This document shows positions 35,630 through 48,152 of a stretch of DNA of 64,000 nt, piece after piece (the stretch's first letter is position 1; the number at the start of each line of letters is the position of its first letter). Source of the DNA: Oopsacas minuta (Eukaryota > Animalia > Porifera); assembly GCA_024704765.1 (NCBI GenBank), contig JAKMXF010000315.1:124001-188000 (forward strand), given 5' to 3'. The notes under the pieces are model-generated. The model had not been told where the DNA came from, made no database searches, and saw only the letters and a list, made by a program, of their open reading frames with translations. The position numbers and the translations under genes are program-made.

Positions 35630-38300
35630 TGGACGGATCCAGGATAGAATTTTTGGGGGCGCAAATTTAAAAAATAAACATCGCTTTAATTTAGCTATTA
35701 GTGAAATGTACAGTCTCTGATTCCGGACATTTATATATTAAATATTCGTAGAATATATGTTATAATTGATATATGTCTGTCTAATTGTCTAATAAAGAAG
35801 TCTAGTGAGAACAAAAACAATGACTTAATGAAGATAAACAATAGATGCAATCAATTTCTTAACTAATACTAGACATTCGATTCTTTAGAGGTATTTTTCT
35901 TTCTTTTGCAGCAAACTCTTCAATAATCTCATCTATATCCAAATTCTGAGTTATATCTCTGTTATAGGTTAAGACTACAATATCACTTAAAGACAATCAG
36001 ATAGTTTCCTCCACTTGAAAGTTTGTATTCTATCCATACATAAAAATGTACGATCAACCGACGCTGTAGACACCGACAAAGAATATTTTAAATTGATCAA
36101 TTTAATGAAATTAGGATAGAATTCAGGGTTCATGTTTGGAAATCAGAATCAACATCAGTAAAGGCGTGGCATTTCAATAGCTGGCATTGTAGAGAAATTT
36201 CGGAAATATACAAGACTTCAAAATAATCGTCAAGTAATTGTTTCAGAATACTAATATTTAAAAAATGCTTAGTTTGGGAATTTAGTCCATCCAGACCCTT
36301 CAATATGTTGATACTGGGGATTGAAAATCCCTTATCTAAAGCATCTGAAATGAGATTTCGTACTTAATTTGTGCTACTATTAAGATATTCAGCTGGGTAA
36401 TTTCGGATATAGTACTATTTTTCGAACGATGCATGGTGCTATGTACTGTCAAAGGTATATCACATTATTCACTTAATATTTCGGCCTCTTTAATATGATC
36501 CGATAATATATGCGGAACTTTCAGATCTTCGATTGTGTTCTTAACCACAGATATTTCGCGAATTGCATGATGCCAATTGGTTCTCGTTAATTGGAGGTAA
36601 AGAGAGAGCTGGTTAAAAATACCTAATACTAAATGTAACAACTCGATAGTAAAAGAAATCTACAATCACCCAATTTATGATATAGACAAGTTGCAGTTAT
36701 TGACTGACTATCACATTCTTCAGCCCTATAACATAATGTGATGAGAATTGATCGATATCGTTTGTATACTGTGTCTACTAATTAAAACAAGAATCCAAAC
36801 TAATATCATGTCTTTGTGGAATCTATTGAACAGTTTCTTTGAATTCCTGTTGACTTTATTCGAAAAGATCATTATTTTTTGTTTGGTTAAAAATGTGTAG
36901 AGAGATCTAAAGTACTAACACAATCTTTACAAGATGTTTTTTCAAAGAGATTCACAATTATCAGATTGAGCCAATGAGCATTACAATGAATGTAAACGGG
37001 CTACGAGTATAAATTATTAAGACGAGCTTGAACACCACTAATATGCCCACTCAATACGCTCACACCATCCATTGAAACAGCTACAAATGTCCCAGATATT
37101 TGTAGAATAGAAGTAATAACTTCTGTTAATTAGATAGAATTAAAGCATCAAATTCTGGTATATGTGAAAATCCAAGAAATGTTTCATTGAGTACGGACCC
37201 ATAACAAATTCGGATGCAAAAACTAGTTATTCATGTCCACTAATATCTTTGGACTCGTATATTAAAAATGAATAAAATAGACTATTTTTACTTCATCGCC
37301 TATTTTCCTTGGAACTTCAGATACAATCATTGAAATTAATTCATTGTAAATAGTCTTACTAAGATAATCTACATGCATGGAGTATTGACCTTTAAGTTTC
37401 TCCCTAGCATCCCTGAAATCTTCAATGACTATAAAATTTACCTCCATTAATTCACTAAAATTCCCTTTGTTAAGGGAATCTGAAGTTTCGTCATCTCCTC
37501 TAAAAAATATTTCTTGTACATAGAAGTAACAAATGTATTCCAATAAGATATTAAAATATTAAACATTATTTTCATTATAACTGACCTATGCAGGTTCAAC
37601 GTTGATGGAATCAAATGTGTTTGTGTAATTTTTGTTCTTTATATTCTTGCCACCTAATCATGCTAGCTATATGCTCCGATGATGCACTATGTTTACCTAG
37701 CCATTTGTTCTTCAAATTTGCTTTTCCCGAACTATCAAAACCTATTCTAGTAAATGTTGTTCCTCGTTTGTAAGAACTAAAATACACCATAGGAAATAAT
37801 ATATTCGATTCGTAGAATAACTATAGTTAATCCAGGGGTAAATATCATACCAACCATTCTGAAAACTTTTATAGTTGCGATTTTTAAATTTGCTACCAAA
37901 TCTCATCTTGGGGTATGAGGAGAGAGTTAGCTGGTACCAGTTTCCATCATACATATCGGTAGGAAATTTTAAATACAAGGATGAATTTAATTATGGTCAG
38001 TTACATTGTATGCTCCGAAGGATGATGCTAGCTACGTTAGAATTGAATTCATACACCCTCTCCTAACCAAATTTTCATCAAGAGATGAGTCTTTAGAAGA
38101 TCTCGGAAGATGAAGAGAGAGGTTTTTAATAGAAGTCTATTTACACAAAAATTTTCAAGAGGTTGTCATTTCATTAAGCTAATATAATTGAATACATTGT
38201 AAGTGAAATGGATATAATAAGATAATATAAAAATGTAAATATTGACAAATAAATTTCAAACATCCTAGAGAAATTCATTAAAAGTTAAAAGTTGGGGGGA
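35630..38300 (-). mobile_element. Decayed hAT element (ZMYM1/DUF4371-type transposase)
   Basis: SFQNGWYDIYPWINYS (TTF-type zinc finger), FFRGDDETSDSLNKGNFSEL..YLSKTIYNELI (DUF4371-like), and LSVSTASVDRTF near 36050-36085 (hATC). GC-rich end GGACGGATCCAGGAT..GGGGGCGC near 35630. Boundaries approximate. Confidence 0.72.
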
Positions 38301-39559
38301 AGTGCGCACACTCCAGTACATTCGTGACTGAACCTGAAAAATACGACCGACTTCCTTATGCCTCATACCTACATACTTCGGTAAGTTCGGTGCGAAGCAA
38401 GGCTAGGCAAGACTAGACACTAAGAATGAGGTGGAGTTAGCACCGAAACATACCGAGCAATATTCCTGAAAGTTTTATCCATATAGTCAGAATAAGCAAC
38501 CAACGACCTCCATTCATGTAGACTAGCATGGGCACAAAGCTACCCCATTCCCACGAGCAAGGGAATATCCAGGAGGACCGACGCTCCTTTAGTCGCATTA
38601 TCATTGATGAAGGTATATTGAAGAATGTGAAAATTGAGGATCTTTGAATAAACAGTATCAAGAATTTACTGAAACATGAGTATTCAACTAGGGGATGAAG
38701 AGCGCAAGGAGGATGCTAAGAAAAGTCTGTCTTACCCTCTCTCGGCAAGAGTCTGGAGGAACACATGGTAATATATCACAGGTGAGTATACCACTCACTA
38801 GCTCGAAAAAAATGAAATCCAAGAGCAGCACACTTCCAATACCTAATCCACACTCTGGGGTGGTACAATATTCCGGACAACACCTCCCAGTGCAAATGCG
38901 AGAGACCTAGCGCCGTTTCAGTGTCTAAGAGTCACAGATTGGCTATTGCCACCTGACAGGTGGTGACAATAGGCACTTTGGTGATAGAATAGAACCATAA
39001 TTATTAAATACAATTTTGTAAGACTAGAAACTTTGAAACAAACACTTATGCATATGCCAAATAAATAAATATCCATGGAGTTTAAAACTATGGATATTAA
39101 CAATCTCTTGGAATTTAGTACTGTGGATTGCAAACATCCAAAAGGTATAGGATAAATTATGTCTGATACATAAATGTATTCATTAAAATCAAATCGTAGA
39201 AGTGGAACAATCGAAAAATGCCCTCTTGTGAGATAAAAATCTCATCACTATAAATATAAAGTATGCCAATTAAAAATGTTGTGACTAAAACAGTCCAAGC
39301 CGACAGACTAGTAGTGCAGCTCTCGATTAAGTCCTAAAATTGATAATGAGATGATTTAATATTAAATTACAAATTGCACAAAATTGAATGACATGTACCC
39401 AATCTGATAACGTTATCGAAGTAAACCTGGGTCGGAATTACACAATATGTAATTCCGACTAGTTTCCAGAAAATTTTTTTGACTCCGAAATGTTTACACA
39501 TTTGAACATGATAATATAATCATTAAGTAATTGACTAGAAATTTCCCTTTGTATATCAT

Positions 39560-40030
39560 CGTACATTCATTATTAATAAGTCACCCACATCGTCGGGGTC
39601 ATAATAATCAACTTGAATAAATTTACACAAACAGAACTTCTGCACTGAGCACAAGCGAGAGAAGGTTCCAAGTTATGCCTTCTGCAGGTGCATCTGAGGG
39701 CATTACAGTCGGGGGTACAATTGCACCTTATTAGACACAGGAGAGATTTGGGTGATGCATTTATGTCAGTCATAACAGGAACAAATTGTCAGTCATTATT
39801 TATTGGTAATCCCCAATCTTCAGCTAGAATGAAAGTTCCACCTAATTTTGGATCAGACTGGAAGAATAGGTTGTAATCTTCGGAACTCGAATGATCACAT
39901 AGCAGGATAAGCAAAACCGTGTCATCGCCGATTAGTACTATGTTGAGCCTTGTTGCAGATTCTACAGCTTTAGGCACAATGAGAAAATATGCATCAGATT
40001 GAGGATATGTTTGGCAATTCTTCATGTAGA
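39560..40030 (-). pseudogene. Academ-like transposase C-terminal remnant (XPG/PIN-like segment plus Cys-rich tail)
   Basis: DAYFLIVPKAVESA...VLIGDDTVLLILLCDH, then EDWG..PVMTDINASPKSLLCLIRCNCTPDCNALRCTCRRHNLEPSLACAQCRSSVCVN. Confidence 0.58.
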
Positions 40031-41725
40031 GATGTTGGTTAAATTGGAATCATGAAAGTTAGTCGGATTTCGCGGGGATAGAATAAATGGATAAGATAAT
40101 AATGAAACAATAATCAGAAACATCTTATTTTCTTCAGTATTTGATTAAAAAAAAAGTGAGATTGATAATTGAGATGGATTGATCATTCGTTGAGAAGAGA
40201 CACAACACAGATTAGTGATATATTATGTAGAATAGTAAACTGGGAATCCATCTATAATAAGCGGCACCGGATATTCTTTTAACTTTCGATACTGCAAAGG
40301 GCTGTAGGTAAGTATCATCTCGATTGGGTACTAATGTGTGTACTGGTTGACTCTCCCTCTGTCATGTTTGGAACACACGTAGACAGTCCAGAGATCAGCA
40401 ACATAATCCAGGTAGAGACGCCAGTCAAATAGTTTCTGAGTTGATATGGCTTGTGTGGCATTGTAAATATCGGCAAACATTCTACATGGTCATAGCCGAT
40501 GGAAACAAAAAGGACTGGGCAATGTAGGTGCAGAAATACATGAATATAGCTGGAAAACATATGATGCGTAAAATCTCAAGTGAACAATAACTTTCAAAGA
40601 AAAATATATTAGATGACGTAGATCAAAGAGTGAATCCTACTTGCTTACTTGACAAATTTGTTACGAAAATATATATAAAAGTTATTCGAATTAACTAACA
40701 ATAGGACAAAAACTAAGGTTGTGGCAAATAGGGCTTTTCGTCCGAAGGCGAAGCCCATGGACCGCACCGGGGGATTACAGCGCCCCCAGACCACCAGCTG
40801 GGTAATTCTCCCCCCACGCCAGCAACTCCAGGATCCGCCACTCCTTGTTAGGTTAAACATTAAGCCATCAAATTTTATCTTGGTCTCACTTTGCTCACTT
40901 TCACAGTTCATAACTCTAGATACGCAACTGAGCTCATGGTGCAATTTTCTGGCCCAATGTGTATCGATTAACTCAATCAATGATTCGATAGACTATGTAG
41001 GTACATTGCCTCGATGCGTATATTAATACGTTGTACAAATTTGCCCAAATAATCAATAAAAATTGCTACGTATAAGTATTGTTTCAACTTGGATAAATTT
41101 TTGTTAAGCAAAGAATGTGTTGTCTTGCTCATAATCAAGGACCCACCGTTAGACTCCACGCAACTTGCACCCCTAGATTAATACAATGTACGGTATATAA
41201 CTGAGAATAGGAAACATATAATGATAATAAGAAGGTAAAGATGGAGGGAAGCGAGGCAATTACCCAATAGCTCTCTCAAAATACAAATACAAATGCGCTA
41301 GTCTTGAAATTTTCATTTCAAATACAATTAAAAACAGAAATCTGTCATAATAATTTTCTCATCTACTGAGATTGGAGGTCTAAAATTAATACAATTTTAA
41401 AGATAACTGGACAAACGAAATGGAGAAACAATCGAATTTTACTGAAGGAATATACTCTGGAGCAGTGGCGTAGCCAACCTAGGTAGACTAGTAGAGCATG
41501 GTATATTACTTGAAAACTTGGTAATTAAGTTCCCTAGATAAATATATGAAAGTGTATTTGATGTATGTAATGCAAGCCTGGATCGCAGTTAGATCTTAAG
41601 GTCGAACAAGTTGAGGGAATATACTTTTTTGAAGATCTTAAAATTTTGGGGAATATGTCCTCTTTCCTCTGCAACCAGCCCATAGGTGACTTAAAAATGT
41701 ATAAAGTAAGATGTACTTGTCCTTA

Positions 41726-41945
41726 GAAGATGAAGATCGATCGGGACGCCCAGTTACGGCAGTTATTAGGAAATATTGCAAAGGTTGAGGAAATGATCAA
41801 AGAAGAGAGGCAAATCACGGTCCATCAATTAGAACATGATTCATCAATTGCATCGGGGATAATAGAAACAATTCCACACTAACATTTGGTCAGAGAAGGG
41901 TTTGTTCCAAATTGACCACACATTTACTAACTTTCTAGGTGATTT
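41726..41945 (+). pseudogene. mariner transposase internal fragment
   Basis: EDEDRSGRPVTAV, NIAKVEEMIKEERQITVHQLE, and a degenerate RVCSK*PHLLT (WVPHLL motif region). Confidence 0.75.
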
Positions 41946-42745
41946 AGGATGTGGCTAGAATGTTGTCAGAAGTGTATCGATACAAGTGTGGATAATTTCG
42001 AACATTTAGAATACCAATTGATCATCAAACTGTATTAGAAACATATAAATATACAACTTATTGAACACTTGGTGCATATATATATATTTTTTAGGAAAAG
42101 ATGTAGGGAACCAATTCAAACTGGGTGAGGGCCCAACGGTGAAATTATTGCTACAATGTAAATTTATATAAAAAACTTCTCTCTACCTAGGGGTCTAGAC
42201 CACCTTAGAAACACAAACCTGGCCATTTAGAATCCAATATAGTAGTAGTATGGTCTGATTTATGAAAATATATATCAGGAATCTATTTTACCTAATAAAT
42301 GACCTTTTAGAGGCCAAATCGATAAAAATAATCTCCATTATTAATTATCTAGCCACACCTGGCACATAATGCAAAGAATCTCAGTAATACGAACACACCT
42401 CTCCCATCAAGTTGCATAATTGAAGTTCGACTAAACATTGAAATGTGAATAAATATGCGAAGACACCAGTTACTACAAGTGAGGGAAATTCTCAAAAGTA
42501 ATGATTCGGAAAAAAGAATTGGTTCCTGTAAGCCCAGATTAGAATGCAGGTGGTGATTTGCCAAAAACGAGGACGGCAGGCGCTCCACCATTTAAGCTAA
42601 GCCTTTTACTCATAAACTTCAGTGAAAAAGGTGGCAAATAAATTGTTATTAGAGTGCATTTGAGAGAGGATCGGGGAAAGTTGCATTGTTTTAATGCAGG
42701 AAAAGGCTATAATTGTACAAATACCACATGCGGATACATCTATTC

Positions 42746-45736
42746 TAGTGTTCTCTCTAAGGAGTCGGCCAACAGAATCAGCCATCACCATAGCCGTTGG
42801 CTGACAGAATCGTGTTTTTGACAAACAGGCCAATTTCATTATTTTTCCTGAAATTTTGACCATTCATGAATTCATGAATATTGTAAGTTTGTAACTCTCA
42901 ATAATAATTTTACTTGACAAATTTAAAAATCATAAGCACGAATTCATTTCATATGCTTATGCATATAATAAAGATGTTCTTTCAGATTATGAATATATTC
43001 ATTTTACTGTGCCGACTATGTAATAGTAGCCCAGTACTGAAATGGTTGCCCTTTTCTGACTGCAATTGTGAGACGAATTAAAGCATCATCATTTGACATT
43101 ACAGGCTGGGGCATAATTTCTGCAACTTAGATATCAGGCTATATCATTTATTAAACTGGTACTTTTGGCTAGGTATTTTATTATGTTAATAACAATATAC
43201 TTATTATAATATATCTACACTAGATACTTGGAAACATGCCTCCTTTCCATTATACTTAGATTTTACTAAATTTTAGATGAACTTCCTCTCATGCCCTCAA
43301 TTCAAGATCACAAAAATTCAAGCCTCTTCAGTTGGTTGGAGACCCAGAAGATCGCCGGTACCACCTGCATTACAAGTATAGATGTTCAGTTTGTTCCAAG
43401 CGTCCCGGAGTTGTAACTGGGAGGAACTTGTGGTCACAGTGCGTGAATGCCCCGGTACCCCCAAGGAAGGCGTCAAACGTTGTCGTTGCAATGAACACTC
43501 AACAAAGGACCATGGTACACAGATAGCCATGCCTGAGATACTGGCTAGGGGTGTCGAAAAGAATCTTCGCCAAAGAGAAGAAAAGCTACAGAAAGAGAAT
43601 ATGACAATTCTCCCTCTCATCGATGTTGCATTGGAGACCGCTGTATTTGAATTGGCTGCTTCAAAGTCGCCCCAATCGCCCGTCTACTGCGTCGCAATGG
43701 CGTCAACACCGCTACTGGCTGGCAATCAAAAAATTATGGATTCGTCTGGTGGGTAACTGCCGCCAATTTTCAGTTCCAAACTATCAAGGACGCTATTCGT
43801 GATATCAATTGTTTCGGCATTACAATTGACGAGACTACAGATTGTGGGGTTCTGGAGCAACTAAATAGTCTATTTACAGACCCAGCATCACGCGTCGCAA
43901 AAGTTCCTCGGTCATGTCAGTATGGAAGGCAGTAAGTCAGTCGATATTGTTGAGGCTGTTGTCTCTATTCTCAAGAGATAAGCTTTAGACATAACTAAGT
44001 TGGCAAGTGTCTCATCAGACGGTTGCAGTACAATGCGCGGTGCCGTCAATGGGGTCATAGTTCGCCTGAATCGCATTATCAACTTCAAGGTCACCCCTGA
44101 CCTTGGTGAAAACAGGATCTTTGCGGCTCATTGTGTTCTACATCGTCTGAATCTAAGTCTGAATGATGTGTTCGTGTCTTAGGATGCACCAAATGTGGTG
44201 ACAATATTAGCGGATAAAATCGAGTTGGTTGTTAAATATGTCCATAATTGGTTTGCTCGTAGTTCAGAACGTAGACATCAGTACGAGAAGTTGATCGATG
44301 TCTTCACTCGCGTTGAAATACCTGGGTCATGGAACGACACTAGGTGGTTGTCTCGACATCCTGCAATACGCGCAGTTGTTCGCAGTCATCGTGCCATTGT
44401 TGCCTTCATTGCCGAGAATGACAAGGTTAGAACTAGTCTGGAAGGTTGTTTTATTCGTGAGTATTTGACCGATGACAATTTTCTAAGTGAGATGGGAACA
44501 GTGCGCAAAGCAGTTAGCATCATGTTCACATTATCAAAGTTTCTCCAGGCATCAGTGCAGACACCATGGGAAGCGTTCCTGCTTATTCAGATTGGTGTTG
44601 GGCGGTTGTCTGATTTGCCTGATAATGTTCCCAAAACTAAGTCCGTCGTCGCCGTAAAATCTTTGATCCATACTTTAATGAATTCTGTGAATAAGCGGAT
44701 TCCTGTTAGTGAAGGTAAATGATCGCCATTTACGATTTCCGTGTACTGAAGGAGCGAGTTCAAAAAGAACGTGCTACAGGGGTTGAGTTGGAATGTGATT
44801 CACTTAGGTTTGACCAAGATCTTGTCACACACAGTTTCAAGCACCATTTGAGTGTTTTCAGAAGATTTTTTGATGAGTTCAACATGTCGGATTCTGAACT
44901 GACCAAAGGGTTCGTTGGAGGTTTTAACAAACTGCAGAGAGAGGCCCTGAACCGAAATATCTATGTTAAATACAAGCTCTCTTCCGAAACCTTCAAACTT
45001 GACAGTCGCTCTTCCAAGGTTGGAAAACACCGTATTGAGATCATCGGTTGCAGAGCGGTTGATAGTAGTATTGCGGAGCGCGGTTTCTCTCAGTTAGTAA
45101 GGTTGAAAACTCGCTAAGGAATCGACTCAGCGGTGAACACTTGAACTCCGCTATGAGTCTTCGTCTCAACCCTGTGCCTACCGTTTCCGAGATTCTCGCA
45201 GCAAGGGGAGGGCAACGGTTTAGGCGAGTTCGCAATGTTCAAAATCCCAGACCCAGGTTAGTTTTCCAACACGCTACTGATATTGAGAAAATTGAAGATC
45301 AGTTCGACAGTGATTGCTCAGAAAGAGACGGTGATGTAGCCGAGGACTCTGATGACTGGAGCAGTGAAGATGAAGAATCAGATATCGAATCTGAAATGGA
45401 GCTTTTGGACGAAGGTTGCCATCTCTCTTTAGATATTGTTAAGTATCTTGAGGAACCAGTTTATGCACTACCATCAAGTAAAAGAAGAAGAATCGATTAA
45501 ATTGGATATTTAAATAGCAGCTTACTACTTGATCCAGACACTATTTCAATATTGTATCAGTAATCAGTAACTATTTCTAATTAGTATTATATACTAGAAA
45601 TTATTATAATCTATCAAATGTATATCAATCATTATGATGGGTCGACAGATATTGGAATCTGGTAATCATACGGCCGAGGGCCTGGGCGGCGCAGCCGGCC
45701 AGACCCTCCATTGGCCGATTCTTAGAGGGAACACTG
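42746..45736 (+). mobile_element. Full-length defective hAT element, GC-rich
   Basis: TIRs TAGTGTTCTCTCTAAG / CTTAGAGGGAACACTG and 8-bp TSD ATCTATTC (42738-42745) vs ACCTATTC (45737-45744). Confidence 0.88.
43277..45500 (+). pseudogene. hAT transposase (ZNF862-like type), multiple stops and frameshifts
   Basis: RCSVCSK zinc finger, FGITIDETTD, SDGCSTMRGAVNGV...AAHCVLHRLNL, DTRWLSR and SSIAERGFSQLVRLKT, then an acidic tail ending SKRRRID*. Confidence 0.85.
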
Positions 45737-46840
45737 ACCTATTCAATTTCTTTTGATTGCCTTTCAGATTCCCATATTCCGAATGAAGATCTACATATTC
45801 AATAGCTCCTAGAAAATTGATTCACTAGTGGATAATGTTCCCCGAACACTATTGCCTAAGTGGATATGGAGGAAACTATTCACTAGAGGGGGCCATAATC
45901 CCTAAGGAATGATGTTTGGGGAACATTATACACTGGGAAGTCATGCACGGGGGGACAATATTCCTTATTGAATAATGTTAGGAACTGTAGTCTTTGTGAC
46001 ACAGACGAAAAGGTCTTAAATATTTGATCTGGAGAAAAGATGAATTCGAGTCAGACCAAATTTTTCTGATAAATTAGATCAGGTCTGTGCATAAAGAAGA
46101 CAGGACAATTATTTCATGACATACCTCTAAAAAAGAATAAGTTTATGAACCAGGGAACGAAATTTCTATAAGTCAAGTCAGTGAGCCAATTCACAACCAT
46201 CAATGAATTTGTCAAAAAGGTAGAGCAAGCTACCGACATATGCTGAAATAACTGTATCACATCGAAATTTCGAATAACTCGAAAAGACTTTGTTAATGTA
46301 TCTGGAGAATCTGATAAAAATGCGTAAACTGAGTTTCGAGTTCTAATTGCAAGCTAAAAACTGAAGGTAAGCCGGAACTATGATGTAGCAAATAAATATT
46401 TTGGAAATACATTTTTGTTACAGTTAAGAATCATAATACAATGTACCTATTCTGACTATATAAATAATTATTTATGAAAATATTTTGTATTTTTTGAAAT
46501 TAGCTATTAAATCGACATAATGAATTAAATCATGGCATATGATATACACTGCTTGCTAAGCAAGGAATTGCCAAAATAAGTTCCAGGTCATTGATTATAT
46601 TCTCTTTTATCATGAAGAATTGGAGTTCTCATTACAAATTCAACTTGATATAGGTTACAGCATACTGTGGAGACATCCAGAATACTTTTGAATCTGCTTC
46701 CCAAGATATTTTAATCACAATGACGCAATCAAAGCTCGCCTTCAATAATGGTAATGATTCTAGTAATAAACACCAATATTATCGAAAAACCCACAAATGT
46801 CATGAAATGAATCATGATTCATATTAAATTAACACATATA

Positions 46841-48152
46841 TCAGGTTGTCCAAAAAGTTCGCGGAATTGCAAATATATTGTATTTATCAATGATCATACT
46901 CAACTAATTATTGTTCACAGTTTCAATAAATTCACCCTTAACTTCGATACATTTCTTCCATTTGATGGGAGTTTATTTATTCCTGTGGTGACGAATTCTT
47001 TCAGGGGTACCTTGAATCCATGAATTTACAGCGCACCCAGGGTGCTCAAAATCGCTGAAACGTTTACCTCTAAGTGGTCTTTTCATTTCTGAAAAAAGCC
47101 AATAGTCGCTGGGCGCTAGATCTGGGCTGTATGGGGGATGTGGGAGTAATTCGAACCCTAAATGTTGAATTACATCCAAAGTTCGCCTGCTGGTATGGGC
47201 TGGAGCATTATCATGCTGAAGCAAAACATGAGAACTCAACTTGCCACGCCTCTTAGACTTGATAGCTTCGCGCAAATTCTTCAGAACTTGGACATAGTAT
47301 TCAGTGTTTATTGTTAGTTTGTTAGGTAACCAATTAATCATGATTATTCCCTTTGTGTCCCAAAAAACTGTTGCCATCCGTTTACCTACTGATGCGACGG
47401 CTCTGGGTCTAATAGGAGTTGCTTCATGCCTACGCTTCCATTGACTCGCCTGTAAACTTGTCTTAGGCTCATAAAAATGTAACCAAGTCTCGTCCCCTGT
47501 GACTAAACGATCAAAGAACCTTGGTTCCTTCTTAGAAATCCGTAAGAGCTGGCGGCAAACACGAACCCTTTCAATCCTTTGAGATTCAGATAACAATTTG
47601 GGAACCTAACGAGAAAGAACTCTCGACATTCCCAATTGTTCTGTTAGAATCTTATCAAGTATTGATTTTGACATCCCTAATTCTTCCTCTAACTGCCGCA
47701 GAGTCACACGTCTATGTTTACCTAGAATGTTTGATATAATTTTGATATTTTCTTGGTTGGAACATGTTTTCGGACGACCAGGTCTTGGGTTATCATCAAC
47801 AATTGAATGCTTATCATTAAATCTGTCAATCCATTTGTAAACCATCGATTTACCAGGGCATTTACTACCATAAACCTTTTCCATCTCGTAGAGAATCTCG
47901 CTTCCACTTTTATTTTGTTTCCAGAGAAACCAAATGATATATCGTTTCCCATCTTCTGAGTTTTCCATTTTAGAAAAAAATACGACAATCGTAAATGATG
48001 CTAAAAGAATACCTAAACCAAACTTTTTGATTACAAAAGTTAGGATAATTGAGATAAGGGATATTAGAATTAATCGAAACAATAGGCTAATTGATAGAGT
48101 GTATATAACACAAACTAGGGATAAAATTCCGGAAACTTTTTGGACAACCCAG
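46841..48152 (-). mobile_element. Full-length defective mariner (DD34D)
   Basis: TIRs ..GGTTGTCCAAAAAGTT..CGGAATT at both ends, TA on both sides (46839-46840, 48153-48154), 1312 bp. Confidence 0.95.
46908..47968 (-). pseudogene. mariner DD34D transposase with one nonsense codon and two late frameshifts
   Basis: MENSEDG start at 47968. The WVPKLL motif reads *VPKLL. Contains VTGDETW and HD-34 residues-D (HPPYSPDLAPSDY). The C-terminus WKKCIEVKGEFIE is out of frame. Confidence 0.93.

Noticed and set aside
45830-45930. 16-bp inverted repeat ATAATGTTCCCC(G/A)AAC as a terminator or regulatory hairpin
   Set aside because: Eukaryotic TE-rich context with no associated gene; most likely a fragment of a small repeat.
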